Counted from the stretch's first letter, positions 10,299-20,322 are shown. The stretch is 64,000 nt of DNA from Candidatus Omnitrophota bacterium (GCA_041649175.1 JBAZNR010000001.1:655497-719496), one strand, 5' to 3'. Program-made: numbers and translations. Notes: generated from the sequence alone by a model not told the origin.

Positions 10299-11304
10299 AG
10301 GGTTTTCGTATGAAGAGCTGGTAGATTATTTTGGATCTATCAAAGAAAAGCCTTTTCGCGCAACGCAGGTGTTTGAATGGATCTATCAAAAAGGCGCGTC
10401 TGGTTTTGAAGCGATGAGCAGTCTTCCCATTTCTTTGCGCAACAGACTGCAGGAAGATCTTGTGTTCAATTCCATTGTTTTAGAAAAACAAAACGGCTCA
10501 GCGGACCAAACCAATAAATTTTTATTTTCTTTAAACGATAAAGAGAAAATTGAAACTGTTTTGATCCCCGCGCAAGAACGGACTACGGTTTGCGTGTCTA
10601 CTCAAGCGGGATGTAAATTTAAGTGCGGGTTTTGCGCCAGCGGTTTGGGAGGGTTGCGGAGAAATTTAGATTGCGGCGAGATCATCGATCAGATCTTATA
10701 CGTGAAGCAGCATTCTGAAAATCGTCCCTTATCTCACGTTGTTTTTATGGGAGTAGGCGAGCCGCTGGATAATTATGATAATGTCGTTAAAGCCATTCGC
10801 ATCATTAATTCTCCGCAAGGTGATCCTATCGCTGCCCGACGGATCACGATCTCAACGTGTGGGTTGATCCCTCAGATCCAAAAACTTTCCCAAGAAAAGA
10901 TCCAGGTTGAATTAGCCGTTTCTTTGCACGGCTCCAATAATGATATTCGCGGGCAACTGATGCCGGTCAATCGAAAGTATCCGTTAGCGGATCTTGTCGC
11001 GGCTTGCAGAAGCTATATTCAAAAAACCAACCGACAGGTGACCTTTGAATATATCTTGATCAAGAATTTGACATGCACAGAAAAATCTGCCGAAGAGCTG
11101 GGAAAACTTTTCAAGGGGATGATCTGTAAAATAAATTTAATTCCGTATAACAAAGTGGAAGAATTTCCTCATGAACCGCCTACAAAGATGGAAATGCTTC
11201 TTTTTAAGCAAAGGCTAGCGCAGCTGGGCGTTCACGCCACGATCCGTATGCCGCGCGGTAAAGATGTCAACGCGGCCTGCGGGCAGTTGAGGCATTCATC
11301 GTGA
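10249..11304 (+). CDS. rlmN: 23S rRNA (adenine2503-C2)-methyltransferase, radical SAM
   Basis: CVSTQAGCKFKCGFCASG radical-SAM CxxxCxxC. RATQVFEWIYQKG N-terminal motif. The start may be the ATG at 10264. Confidence 0.85.
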   Translation: MRSKNMPTPSLSKRNIKGFSYEELVDYFGSIKEKPFRATQVFEWIYQKGASGFEAMSSLPISLRNRLQEDLVFNSIVLEKQNGSADQTNKFLFSLNDKEKIETVLIPAQERTTVCVSTQAGCKFKCGFCASGLGGLRRNLDCGEIIDQILYVKQHSENRPLSHVVFMGVGEPLDNYDNVVKAIRIINSPQGDPIAARRITISTCGLIPQIQKLSQEKIQVELAVSLHGSNNDIRGQLMPVNRKYPLADLVAACRSYIQKTNRQVTFEYILIKNLTCTEKSAEELGKLFKGMICKINLIPYNKVEEFPHEPPTKMEMLLFKQRLAQLGVHATIRMPRGKDVNAACGQLRHSS

Positions 11305-11354
11305 ATGCAAGAAGTATCAATCATTATTCAGCAAAAAAGAAACGAGAAAATAGC

Positions 11355-12029
11355 ATGAAAATTCTTCCTACTGTCTTCTTCTTGCTGTTCGTGTCTTCTC
11401 AACATGTTTTTGCTGACGCTTCTAATCTAGCGGTGGTCAAGCTGCGTATGAGAGAAGAAGTTTATAATGCTGAGCGAGATATGCAGGCCAGTCATCTCGT
11501 GTATTTTCTTCATGTCCTCGATCTTTCGAAGACGGCATTGGTTTTAATCGATGTATGGGAACACAACCCGCTCAATGTCGAAATTCAAGTAAAACCGGCC
11601 CGTGATAATATTGTCCGGCTTTTGCAATTTGCCCGCGCAAATCATATACGCATTATCCATGCGGCCTCGGGAAAATCTATTCATCCTGACTGCAGGCCGT
11701 TGCCGGGGGAATTGATTGTCCAAAAGGGAAAAAATTCTGTTATGGAGAAAAATTTTCTCAAATATCTAAGGGGGATCGATACGGTAATTTATACCGGATT
11801 TCAGCTCAATTATTGTGTTATGTTCAATTCTTCCGGCATTTTAACGGCATGGCATAATAACAAAAATGTTATTATTGTGCGCGATGCCACCTCAGCTTTG
11901 GAAACAGTGGAAACACTATCCAATAGATGGTGTTTTTTTGCTACCCTTAGTATGATTGAGGGTCAATTTGGCAGCTCTATGGCAACAGACGACCTGCTTT
12001 ATGCTTCTTTTGAGCCGAAAGAAAATTAA
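11355..12029 (+). CDS. secreted isochorismatase-family (cysteine hydrolase) protein
   Basis: Signal peptide MKILPTVFFLLFVSSQHVFA. LVLIDVW...TGFQLNYCVMF resembles the isochorismatase catalytic Cys region. The track ORF begins at 11301. Confidence 0.45.
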   Translation: MKILPTVFFLLFVSSQHVFADASNLAVVKLRMREEVYNAERDMQASHLVYFLHVLDLSKTALVLIDVWEHNPLNVEIQVKPARDNIVRLLQFARANHIRIIHAASGKSIHPDCRPLPGELIVQKGKNSVMEKNFLKYLRGIDTVIYTGFQLNYCVMFNSSGILTAWHNNKNVIIVRDATSALETVETLSNRWCFFATLSMIEGQFGSSMATDDLLYASFEPKEN

Positions 12030-12053
12030 TATAAAATATATCGAGAAATAAGG

Positions 12054-12081
12054 GAGCCACGCTGCTGATATCAGCAGCGTG
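12054..12081. terminator. 28-bp perfect palindrome between convergent genes (bidirectional terminator candidate)
   Basis: GCCACGCTGCTGAT/ATCAGCAGCGTGGC read directly from the sequence. Sits between the 3' ends of 11355..12029(+) and 12103..12465(-). Confidence 0.45.
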
Positions 12082-12102
12082 GCCTGCCTATTTAAAATAA
12101 AT

Positions 12103-12465
12103 TTATTTTTCTGTCTTTTGTGCTGAGTCTTTATCGAGAACAAAATCCGGCTTCATCAGCGGCTCATAGTTGCCGGGAGTTTTAAGCGGACATGTCACAA
12201 CATCCCAAATGCCTGATCCTGTCCGCCCGATCGTGTAAGCAACGCCCTTCCAGAAACCATTAAAAACTCCGACGCTTTTGTTTTCTTTAGCTTCGGCGCT
12301 TTTTTTCCACTGAGCATCAACTTGTTTGGCGATCTCAAGAGGAGCGGTCACGATATTGACAATACCGCGGTTAAATTTTTGAAGAGGATTATCGGCGGCA
12401 AAGGCAGGTTGAGCAAGAAATGTCAGGAAGAGAACACTGATGAAGAGAAGCATTCGTTTTCGCAT
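12103..12465 (-). CDS. small secreted protein (signal peptide), function unknown
   Basis: 120 aa. N-terminal MRKRMLLFISVLFLTFLAQPAFA signal peptide. Confidence 0.5.
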   Translation of the reverse strand: MRKRMLLFISVLFLTFLAQPAFAADNPLQKFNRGIVNIVTAPLEIAKQVDAQWKKSAEAKENKSVGVFNGFWKGVAYTIGRTGSGIWDVVTCPLKTPGNYEPLMKPDFVLDKDSAQKTEK

Positions 12466-12568
12466 AAAAAATCTTTCTATCAGTTTGAGTAAAATTTTTT
12501 TCTAAAAAAATATTAACACCGGAATTTTAGGAAGTCAACGGCTTATTTCCTAAAATAAAAAAAGTTAA

Positions 12569-12651
12569 TGCCGAAGGTGGGAGTTGAACCCACACGCCCG
12601 TGAAGGCAACGGTTTTTGAGACCGCCGCGTATGCCATTCCGCCACTTCGGC
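12569..12651 (-). tRNA. tRNA-Leu(CAA)
   Basis: The reverse complement folds as a cloverleaf. Acceptor GCCGAAG/CTTCGGC. Anticodon loop CTCAAAA. Long variable arm. T-loop TTCAACT. Confidence 0.85.
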
Positions 12652-12739
12652 AATATTTCTTACCGTGGAAGCCACGTTGTTAATTCGGTTTTTCCCTCGC
12701 GTGACCGCTCGGGACTACGCGCGCTAAAGCTCGCTTCGT

Positions 12740-12775
12740 GAGACCGCCGCGTATGCCATTCCGCCACTTCGGCAA
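12740..12775 (-). repeat. 36-bp duplicate of the 5' part of tRNA-Leu (positions 1-34 plus 2 nt upstream)
   Basis: Identical to 12618..12653. No T-arm or 3' acceptor follows, so it is not a functional tRNA. Confidence 0.7.
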
Positions 12776-12780
12776 GAAAA

Positions 12781-13170
12781 CTATTTTATAAAAATCTTTT
12801 GGACGCGATTATTGGCCAGATAAATGACAATAAACCCGTGATAAAGAACAGAGATGATATTTTTAAAATGCACCGGAACGGTTGTTTCTAGTGTTCCGTT
12901 CAGATAAATAATCCCAAAAAAGAGTAAGAGTTTTGTCAGCAAAACAACGGATGAAAAATAGATCAGCAATCGGTAAGCTGTAATATTAAGACGTAAAATC
13001 CCAATTCCTAAAGAAAACGACAACAGAGAAGTGATAATAACGAAGACAAGAACGTTGAGCGTTTTTGTGTTTGTCGCAAGGGCCAGAGAAGCCATAACGG
13101 CACAAAATGTTATAGCCCCTATCAAAATTTCAATGAACGCGATACCTAAAAGTATTTTGGGGCGTGTCAT
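12781..13170 (-). CDS. integral membrane protein, unknown function
   Basis: 129 aa with four predicted hydrophobic helices. Confidence 0.45.
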   Translation of the reverse strand: MTRPKILLGIAFIEILIGAITFCAVMASLALATNTKTLNVLVFVIITSLLSFSLGIGILRLNITAYRLLIYFSSVVLLTKLLLFFGIIYLNGTLETTVPVHFKNIISVLYHGFIVIYLANNRVQKIFIK

Positions 13171-13207
13171 GACCCGTCGTGCTGCATAACTTTAAATTTT
13201 TTGAAAA

Positions 13208-13283
13208 TGGTGGAGCTGGAGGGGATCGAACCCTCGACCTCTTGCATGCCATGCAAGCACTCTCCCAGCTGAGCTACAGCCCC
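13208..13283 (-). tRNA. tRNA-Ala(GGC)
   Basis: The reverse complement reads GGGGCTGTAGCTCAGCTGGGAGAG...CTTGCATGGCATGCAAG...GGTTCGATCCCCTCCAGCTCCACCA. G3:U70 Ala identity pair. Anticodon GGC. CCA is encoded. Confidence 0.9.
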
Positions 13284-13398
13284 GCACCAATCACTTTTCA
13301 AAGGACATAAACACAGCACTCTCTCCCGACTTTTCTAATAAATTTTTTGTTGTCGGGACTCCGACTTCTCCTAAAACAATGAAAAGGAAACGTCGGAG

Positions 13399-13417
13399 CC
13401 AGCTGAGCTACAGCCCC
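13399..13417 (-). repeat. 19-bp duplicate of the 5' end of tRNA-Ala
   Basis: ccagctgagctacagcccc is identical to 13265..13283. Confidence 0.6.
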
Positions 13418-13542
13418 AATCCCTCGAGAAATAAAAAACACGGCATTTAACTTGCGTCAATATAGCATTTCGGAATATCTTTGTCAACGCTATATAAAAG
13501 TGAAACAGCCTCTTTTTTCCTCAAAAGCAGGTGTTGACGCTC

Positions 13543-13573
13543 GATTTACGGTTGTGTTAGAATGAGCTCTCTT
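13543..13573 (+). promoter_or_regulatory. sigma70-like promoter upstream of leuS
   Basis: TTGACG, a 17-nt spacer, then TAGAAT. About 35 nt upstream of the leuS ATG. Confidence 0.45.
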
Positions 13574-13606
13574 TATTCTTAAAACTCATCAGGAAAATAT
13601 CAATAT

Positions 13607-16087
13607 ATGCCCTATACGGTTGAAGAAATACGAAAAATTGAAGAATATTGGCAAAAGGCCTGGGATGATCAAAAGGCCTTTCAGGCTGTTTTTGACCCCA
13701 AGAAGCCAAAGTATTACGTTCTTGAAATGTTCCCGTATCCGTCGGGGAAGATCCATATGGGGCATGTGCGCAATTATACCATTGCGGATGTACTGGCACG
13801 TTTTAAGCTGATGCAAGGACACAACGTCTTACATCCTATCGGCTACGATGCTTTTGGCCAGCCCGCGGAAAATGCCGCTATCAAAAACAAGATTGATCCT
13901 GCCCAGTGGACTCGCCGATGCATCAGCCAAATGCACGATGAATTAAAACGTATGGGATTTTCTTACGATTGGGAAAGAGAATTGTCCACCTGTGACGCTG
14001 AATACTATCGGTGGAACCAGTGGATCTTTCTAAAGATGCTGGAAAAAGGTTTAGCATACAAAAAAGCTTCCGCGGTCAATTGGTGTCCGAGCTGTGAAAC
14101 AACATTAGCTAACGAAGAAGTTATTAATGAAGCTTGCTGGCGTTGCAAAACTCCGGTCATTCAAAAAGATTTGGAACAGTGGTATCTAAAGATCACTCAA
14201 TACTGTGAACCGCTTTTGGAAGATCTTAAAAAACTGCACGATTGGCCTGCCAGAGTTGTGGCGATGCAAAGCAATTGGATCGGAAAAAGCTTCGGCGTTG
14301 AGATCTATTTCAAAATCTCCGCCCTCGACGGAAAAACACAAGAAACATTACCGGTTTTTACTACTCGTCCTGATACGATTTTTGGGGCAACTTATGTTGT
14401 CTTGGCCCCGGAACATCCTCTTGTTAAGAAATTGATCAGCGGTTCTTCTCAGGAAAAGAAAATCTTAGCGTTCATCGATAAAGTTACTAAAGAAAGCAAA
14501 ACCGACCGCGTTGCCGCCGGGCTTAAAAAGCAAGGAATTTTTACCGGCGCCTATGCGGTTAATCCAGTGAACAATGAAGAAATCCCTATTTGGATCGCCG
14601 ATTATGTTTTGATGGAATACGGCACGGGCGCGATCATGGCGGTGCCTACTCACGACCAACGTGATTTTCTTTTTGCCAAAGAAAATAAATTACCGATGCG
14701 TATTGTTATTCAAGATCCTAAAAATCCGGATCAAAAGGCGGAAGAATTAAAAGAAGCTTATGAGGGCGAGGGGGCTCAGGTTAATTCCGCGCAATTTGAT
14801 GGTTTACCTAATGAAGAAGCAAAAAAGAAGATCGCCGAATGGATGACAAAAGCAAATATCGGAAAAATCACCACTCATTGGCGTTTGCGCGATTGGCTTA
14901 TTTCCCGCCAGCGTTATTGGGGAACACCTATCCCGATCATCTATTGTAAGCATTGTGGTGTTGTCCCTGTTCCCCAAAAAGATCTTCCTGTCAAACTGCC
15001 CGAAAATATTAAGATCACCGGCCAAGGCGGAAGCCCTCTTTCTCATGTTAAAGAATTTGTGGATGTTAAATGTCCCACCTGCGGGCATCTGGCTCGTCGG
15101 GAAACCGACACGATGGCCACATTCTTTGATTCTTCCTGGTATTTCTTGCGCTTTTGCTCGGCGCGCGATCAAGAGGAAGTTTTCAAAAAAGAAGAAGCCG
15201 CTTACTGGATGCCGGTGGATCAATATATCGGCGGCATTGAACATGCCATTTTGCATCTTTTGTATTCGAGATTTTTTACAAAATTCTTTAAGGATTTAGG
15301 ATTAATCAAGTTTGATGAGCCGTTCATTCGTCTTTTAACACAAGGGATGGTTTTAAAAGACGGAGAAGTGATGTCGAAGTCCAAAGGCAATACCGTTGAT
15401 CCTGATTCGGTGATTACTAAGTATGGAGCCGACACGTTAAGGCTTTTTATTTTGTTCGCCGCGCCGCCCGAAGATCAGTTGGAATGGAATGACAGCGCCA
15501 TGGAAGGGTCTTTTCGATTTTTATCCAGGGTTTGGAGATTGGTCGAAGATCGATACGGCGAAGACAAAGGGAAAATCGACAGTTTAGAATGGGACGAAGA
15601 AGATAAAGAACTTGAGCGAGAAAGAAATATTGCCATCAAAAAGGTCACGGAAGATTTTCAAAATTATAAGTTTAATACGGCCATCAGCAGTTTGATGACT
15701 TTGTGCAATAAAATAGAGAAATATAAATGCACGAATCCAAATAAGGCGATCATTCAATCCGCTTTAAAAACTTTAGCTTTGCTTTTAACGCCGCTCGTTC
15801 CGCATATTTGTGAAGAATTATGGAAAAAAATGGGCGGAAAAAAAATAGTTGCTCATAGCGATTGGCCACGCTATGATGAAAAAGGTATTCAGCAAGATAC
15901 AGTTTGGATCATTGCCCAGGTAAACGGAAAATTGCGCGGGAAATTTAGTGTTGCTCTAAATACGGCAGAAGAGGAATTAAAGAGCGTGATTTTATCGGAT
16001 GCGAAGATTAAAGAGCATCTCCTAGGAAAAACGATCAAGCGGTTTATTGTTGTGCCCAATAAGTTAGTTAATATCGCGGTGGAATAA
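13607..16087 (+). CDS. leuS: leucine--tRNA ligase
   Basis: 826 aa. HMGH motif ([13 protein letters not shown]) and KMSKS (VMSKSKGN). Editing (CP1) domain present. Confidence 0.95.
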   Translation: MPYTVEEIRKIEEYWQKAWDDQKAFQAVFDPKKPKYYVLEMFPYPSGKIHMGHVRNYTIADVLARFKLMQGHNVLHPIGYDAFGQPAENAAIKNKIDPAQWTRRCISQMHDELKRMGFSYDWERELSTCDAEYYRWNQWIFLKMLEKGLAYKKASAVNWCPSCETTLANEEVINEACWRCKTPVIQKDLEQWYLKITQYCEPLLEDLKKLHDWPARVVAMQSNWIGKSFGVEIYFKISALDGKTQETLPVFTTRPDTIFGATYVVLAPEHPLVKKLISGSSQEKKILAFIDKVTKESKTDRVAAGLKKQGIFTGAYAVNPVNNEEIPIWIADYVLMEYGTGAIMAVPTHDQRDFLFAKENKLPMRIVIQDPKNPDQKAEELKEAYEGEGAQVNSAQFDGLPNEEAKKKIAEWMTKANIGKITTHWRLRDWLISRQRYWGTPIPIIYCKHCGVVPVPQKDLPVKLPENIKITGQGGSPLSHVKEFVDVKCPTCGHLARRETDTMATFFDSSWYFLRFCSARDQEEVFKKEEAAYWMPVDQYIGGIEHAILHLLYSRFFTKFFKDLGLIKFDEPFIRLLTQGMVLKDGEVMSKSKGNTVDPDSVITKYGADTLRLFILFAAPPEDQLEWNDSAMEGSFRFLSRVWRLVEDRYGEDKGKIDSLEWDEEDKELERERNIAIKKVTEDFQNYKFNTAISSLMTLCNKIEKYKCTNPNKAIIQSALKTLALLLTPLVPHICEELWKKMGGKKIVAHSDWPRYDEKGIQQDTVWIIAQVNGKLRGKFSVALNTAEEELKSVILSDAKIKEHLLGKTIKRFIVVPNKLVNIAVE

Positions 16088-16091
16088 ACGT

Positions 16092-16910
16092 ATGCCTCAA
16101 GGCGACCTCAAGGAATTTCTCTTCAAGCAAAGAAACTTCTTTAAGCTTAGCACGCTTATCATTCTATTTCTCTTGATTATTATTCAATTTTTTGGCCTTA
16201 TTCTCCAATCTCGAATTTTTCCCGAAGCTTTGTCGGTGGTCATTGCGTTTATTTGCATTATCTATCTTTGGTTGGCCGAACAAAAAGATATTGAGCGGTT
16301 GCAGCGTTCTAATATCGGGCTTCTTGCCGCCCAAGAAGAATTAAAAACAAGCCATATTGATACAGTGATGGCACTTGTCTTAAGCCAGGAAGCTAAGGAC
16401 CATTATACGTATGGCCATTCGGAAAGAGTTCGCCAGTATTCAGTGATCATCGCTCAGGAATTAAAGCTGCCGGAACATCAGGTCATGACGATTGCTCGGG
16501 GAGCAAAGTTGCATGATATCGGAAAGATCGGTATCAAAGACGAGATTCTATTTTCTGATGGGAAATTAACTTCCGAACAATATGATGTTATCAAAACACA
16601 CCCTTTAAAAGGCGTGGCCATTCTTGAGCCGCTTAAATTTTTAGAGCGGGAAAAACTGATCGTTCGCCATCATCATGAGCGTTATGACGGCGCCGGTTAT
16701 CCGGACAAGCTAAAGGGTGAAGAAATTCCCCTAGAGGCTCGTATTGTTGGCGTTGCTGATGCGTTTGATGCGATGCGTTCTCGCCGCCGTTACCGCAGCG
16801 ATCTCTCCAAGGAAGAAATTATTATGCAACTGGTGAGTAATTCCGGTACGCAGTTTGATCCCAAAGTTGTGGATGTTTTTGTACGCAATATCGACCGTTT
16901 TTATGTGTGA
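16092..16910 (+). CDS. HD-GYP domain cyclic-di-GMP phosphodiesterase with N-terminal TM region
   Basis: HD motif (HSERVRQYS...LHDIGK) and HHERYDGAGYPD (GYP). Two N-terminal hydrophobic helices. Confidence 0.8.
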   Translation: MPQGDLKEFLFKQRNFFKLSTLIILFLLIIIQFFGLILQSRIFPEALSVVIAFICIIYLWLAEQKDIERLQRSNIGLLAAQEELKTSHIDTVMALVLSQEAKDHYTYGHSERVRQYSVIIAQELKLPEHQVMTIARGAKLHDIGKIGIKDEILFSDGKLTSEQYDVIKTHPLKGVAILEPLKFLEREKLIVRHHHERYDGAGYPDKLKGEEIPLEARIVGVADAFDAMRSRRRYRSDLSKEEIIMQLVSNSGTQFDPKVVDVFVRNIDRFYV

Positions 16911-17244
16911 TCTGACCAAGCAAGAACGCCTTGTTCTTGTTCTTTTTATTTTTATCCTCCTTTTAGGAAGCCTCCTAAGTTATCTTTTTAAAACCAATCC
17001 TCGCTTTGCTTGTGCGGTTGAGATCTTAGATACGGATCGTATCTATTACAAAACGGATATCAATCAAGCGGCGCATGATGAACTGATTGCCATTCCTGGT
17101 ATTGGGCCGGCAACGGCTAAACGCATCCTGTCTTATCGTCAAGAACACGGGCCTTTCCGATCGCTGGAAGAATTAAGATCGATCAAAGGTATCAGCCTCC
17201 AGAACTATCAAAAAATAGTTCAATTCCTAAAAGTTAAAAATTAA
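16903..17244 (+). CDS. comEA: ComEA family helix-hairpin-helix DNA-binding protein
   Basis: DINQAAHDELIAIPGIGPATAKRILSYRQEHGPFRSLEELRSIKGIS: ComEA HhH tandem. N-terminal TM helix. 8-bp overlap with the upstream gene. Confidence 0.8.
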   Translation: MCDLTKQERLVLVLFIFILLLGSLLSYLFKTNPRFACAVEILDTDRIYYKTDINQAAHDELIAIPGIGPATAKRILSYRQEHGPFRSLEELRSIKGISLQNYQKIVQFLKVKN

Positions 17245-17264
17245 TTTCTAAAACATCATCATCC

Positions 17265-19781
17265 GTGAGAACACATCGGCCTCTTATCGGCGTAACTTTG
17301 TGCTTTGCCGCTGGAATTGCTTTAAACTCTTGGCTAGCTTATTTTTTTATTGTTGCGTGGATTGCGGCATTTTTGTCAGGGTTGGCGAGCTTGATCTTGA
17401 TCCGACGAAAAATCCTTTCAGAAATCCTTCTTCTGATCTCTTTTGTTTTCCTTGGTTCCTTATTTTCTCATCTCCAGCAAAAACTCCCCAATCATCATAT
17501 TTATCTTGTAAGCCGGTATACCCGTAATATTCCGGTAGAGATCAAGGGAATTATTTGTTCGGATGTCCAGGACCGCGCTTTTTCCAGGACCAAGAAGCTA
17601 ATGTTTACACTGGACACCAAATTGATTAAAACGGACGGCAAATGGAAAAAGACGACCGGGAAAATACTTGTCCATAGTTTTAGCCGGACCGAAGTTTCTT
17701 ACGGAGATTATGTGCGCCTTGAGGGAAAACTTTTTAAGCCTTTTAATTTTAAGACGGAACACGGGAGCGAGTTTTCTTACCGTGATTATCTTTCTCGCCG
17801 GGGCATAAAGTTATTATTCAGTGTTAAAAAAACCGCTTTGGTCGATGTTATTCAAAAAGGGATGGGGAGCTCTGTCGGGGCCGCCTCGGTGCAATTAAAG
17901 AATAATTTTAAGAAACTATTTCGAGAACATCTTTCGTTTTCCGAGGCGGCCCTGATGGAAGGAATTATCCTGGGGGACCGCTATCATATTCCTCGCCCCG
18001 TAACGGATCTGTTCGCGCAAACCGGGACAGCTCATATTTTAGCGATCAGCGGACAAAATATCGTGATTGTCGCGTTCTTTCTCTATCTAGTGCTTCTGAC
18101 GGTTCCGATCCATAGAAAATGGCGGTATATCCTTATTATTGTTCTGCTTGCATTTTATGCGTTTTTGACTGGTTCACAGCCGTCCGTTGTGCGGGCGACT
18201 ATCATGGTCTCGGTTTTTATCGCTAGTTTTTTAACAGAACGGGAAACAGACGGCATTAATTCTCTTTGCCTGGCAGCATTAACGATCCTTCTTATCAATC
18301 CCTCCAATCTTTTTGATATTGGGTTTCAATTGTCGTTTATCAGTGTTTTTGCGATCTTCGACTTTTTTCCTAAGATTATGCGGTTTTTTTCGAACCATTT
18401 TCCATGCTTTACCCGTCCGCCGCTTTTCTTCGTTGCAGAAGCTTTTGCTGTTTCTTTGGCGGCGTGGATGGGGGTAGCGGGGCTTATTGCCTACTATTTC
18501 CACATTATTACGCCGATCACAATTCTAGCCAATTTACCGATCGTTCCTTGCATGACGGCCATTATTCCTTTGGGTTTGGGGCTTTTATTAGTTGGATGGA
18601 TGTCTCCTTGGTTCATGTCAGCCTTTGCCGCCTGCTTAAAAATGATCCTTAACGCGATGGTTTTTTGTGTTTATTTTTTTAGCCAATGTCCGGGATCTTA
18701 TTTCTACATAAAAAACGTATCTCTTTGGCAGGTGATGATTTACTATTGTTTGATTTTCTTATTTTTCCATTTTCCGCAGGCTGTCAAGTTGACAAAGTTA
18801 GGGAAGTGTGATAAAGTGAGCGCCATGAAAAATAAATTTATTTTGTGTTTGTGTGCGGCTTTTCTCTTGGCTTTTACAACACCTTGCCTGGCTTTCTGGA
18901 TCTGGACACCGGAAACCAATAAATGGGTCAATCCTAAATATTCCGTAAAAGAAACACCCGCCGAACAGCTTGAGTACGCCAAGGGCATTCAAGCGGCTAA
19001 AGATTATAAAGTCGCCGTTAATGAATTTGAGAAACTCATTAAATATTATCCGCGTTCCCGCGAAGCCGCCGAGGCTCAGTATTTTATCGGGCTATGCTGG
19101 GAAGAGCAAGGCAGAGCCTTTGATGCCTATAAGGCCTATCAAAAAACAATCGAAAAATACCCTTTTAATGACCGTTCCGCGGAGATCATTGAGCGCCAGT
19201 ACAAAATCGGTGAGCAAGTGCTGGAAGGTGACGTTAAGAAATCAGGGATCTTAAACGCTGTTGTCGGCGGAGATTATAATGTGGTCGATGTCTTTCGCAC
19301 TGTTATTAAAAACGCGCCTTATGGAGTTTATGCCGCTGTATCTCAATATAAGATCGGCCTATATCTTCAAGAAAAAGGGTTGTATCAGGAAGCCAGAGAT
19401 GAATTCGAGAAAGTGGTCAACGATTATCCGGAAAGCGAATGGGTCAAAGCCGCAAAATATCAGATTGCTTTGGTAGATGCCAAACGTTCTACCCAAGCGC
19501 AGTATGATCAGCGTGTTACTCAAGCGGCTGTTAAAGAATTCGAAGAATTTACCGCGGCTTATCCGGATGCGGAATTATCCGAAAAGGCTAAGAAAGAGAT
19601 CCAGAAATTGCGCTCCAAAGAGGCTGAAAATAATTTTCTCATCGGACGTTTTTATGAAAAACAAAAACAGGATGATGCGGCGCGTATTTATTATGAGGTT
19701 ATTATCAATGATTATCATGAGACAACCTGGGCCGTAAAAGCACAAGAACGGCTGCGCTTAATAGACCTTAGGAAAAAATAG
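17265..19781 (+). CDS. comEC: ComEC/Rec2 competence-domain membrane protein continuing in-frame into a TPR (BamD/YbgF-like) domain; no metallo-beta-lactamase domain
   Basis: 838-aa single ORF. Residues about 1-520 carry DUF4131 plus the polytopic ComEC competence domain. Residues 521-838 carry a signal-like helix and TPRs. There is no HxHxDH motif anywhere. Confidence 0.7.
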   Translation: MRTHRPLIGVTLCFAAGIALNSWLAYFFIVAWIAAFLSGLASLILIRRKILSEILLLISFVFLGSLFSHLQQKLPNHHIYLVSRYTRNIPVEIKGIICSDVQDRAFSRTKKLMFTLDTKLIKTDGKWKKTTGKILVHSFSRTEVSYGDYVRLEGKLFKPFNFKTEHGSEFSYRDYLSRRGIKLLFSVKKTALVDVIQKGMGSSVGAASVQLKNNFKKLFREHLSFSEAALMEGIILGDRYHIPRPVTDLFAQTGTAHILAISGQNIVIVAFFLYLVLLTVPIHRKWRYILIIVLLAFYAFLTGSQPSVVRATIMVSVFIASFLTERETDGINSLCLAALTILLINPSNLFDIGFQLSFISVFAIFDFFPKIMRFFSNHFPCFTRPPLFFVAEAFAVSLAAWMGVAGLIAYYFHIITPITILANLPIVPCMTAIIPLGLGLLLVGWMSPWFMSAFAACLKMILNAMVFCVYFFSQCPGSYFYIKNVSLWQVMIYYCLIFLFFHFPQAVKLTKLGKCDKVSAMKNKFILCLCAAFLLAFTTPCLAFWIWTPETNKWVNPKYSVKETPAEQLEYAKGIQAAKDYKVAVNEFEKLIKYYPRSREAAEAQYFIGLCWEEQGRAFDAYKAYQKTIEKYPFNDRSAEIIERQYKIGEQVLEGDVKKSGILNAVVGGDYNVVDVFRTVIKNAPYGVYAAVSQYKIGLYLQEKGLYQEARDEFEKVVNDYPESEWVKAAKYQIALVDAKRSTQAQYDQRVTQAAVKEFEEFTAAYPDAELSEKAKKEIQKLRSKEAENNFLIGRFYEKQKQDDAARIYYEVIINDYHETTWAVKAQERLRLIDLRKK
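18825..19781 (+). CDS. possible independent BamD/YbgF-like TPR protein translated from an internal in-frame ATG
   Basis: MKNKFILCLCAAFLLAFTTPCLA looks like a signal peptide, followed by TPR repeats. It is in the same frame as comEC with no intervening stop, so fusion versus internal start is unresolved. Confidence 0.35.
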   Translation: MKNKFILCLCAAFLLAFTTPCLAFWIWTPETNKWVNPKYSVKETPAEQLEYAKGIQAAKDYKVAVNEFEKLIKYYPRSREAAEAQYFIGLCWEEQGRAFDAYKAYQKTIEKYPFNDRSAEIIERQYKIGEQVLEGDVKKSGILNAVVGGDYNVVDVFRTVIKNAPYGVYAAVSQYKIGLYLQEKGLYQEARDEFEKVVNDYPESEWVKAAKYQIALVDAKRSTQAQYDQRVTQAAVKEFEEFTAAYPDAELSEKAKKEIQKLRSKEAENNFLIGRFYEKQKQDDAARIYYEVIINDYHETTWAVKAQERLRLIDLRKK

Positions 19782-19785
19782 CCTG

Positions 19786-20316
19786 ATGAAGACTTTTGTT
19801 CGGTCGTTTACACTTTTTTTGATGTTATCCATCTTAGCCGGTTGCGGATATTCAACGCGCTCGAATCTTGCCGGCAATTTCCGCAGTATCAGTATAGAAC
19901 CATTTAAGAACACGGTCTCTTACAGCGCTGAGCAGGCCACAAAAAACCTGTATATCCCTCTCTTGGAAGTTAAAATTACCAATGCCGTTACCGATCGATT
20001 TCTCTTTGACGGAAATTTAAAAATCGCGGATAAGGGAAAAGCTGACCTTGCCCTGGAAGGAAGTTTGCTTAATTACGAACGCAATGCCTTGCGCTATACG
20101 GATGATGAAGATGTTCAGGAATATCGCATTAGCATCGTGGTTTCTATGACACTGTTTGACAAGTCGGGGGAAGTTGTTTGGTCAGAGCCTAGTTTTGCCG
20201 GTGAAGCGACTTATTTTGTGACGGGGCCTTTGGCAAGATCTGAGAATGCGGCTATTGAAGACGCGTTAACCGACTTGGCCCGCCGTATTGTGGAAAGAAC
20301 AGTAGAAAATTGGTAA
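19786..20316 (+). CDS. lptE: LPS-assembly lipoprotein LptE
   Basis: Lipoprotein signal MKTFVRSFTLFLMLSILAGCGY. About 176 aa. The conserved leuS...lptE-holA neighbourhood supports the call. Confidence 0.65.
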   Translation: MKTFVRSFTLFLMLSILAGCGYSTRSNLAGNFRSISIEPFKNTVSYSAEQATKNLYIPLLEVKITNAVTDRFLFDGNLKIADKGKADLALEGSLLNYERNALRYTDDEDVQEYRISIVVSMTLFDKSGEVVWSEPSFAGEATYFVTGPLARSENAAIEDALTDLARRIVERTVENW

Positions 20317-20322
20317 TGAAAA

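Noticed and set aside
12661-12780. Possible second tRNA-Leu with an intron in the anticodon loop
   Set aside because: Only the 5' 34 nt match tRNA-Leu. The downstream sequence has no T-arm or 3' acceptor strand, and the would-be insert (about 47 nt) is far too short for a group I intron. Treated as a partial duplicate.
14804-15256. Antisense ORFs inside leuS
   Set aside because: Embedded in a 2.5-kb gene with strong LeuS motifs. Shadow ORFs.
19477-19737. Arg/Lys-rich 86-aa ORF in an alternative frame within the BamD-like region
   Set aside because: Frame-shadow of TPR-coding sequence. Composition-driven.
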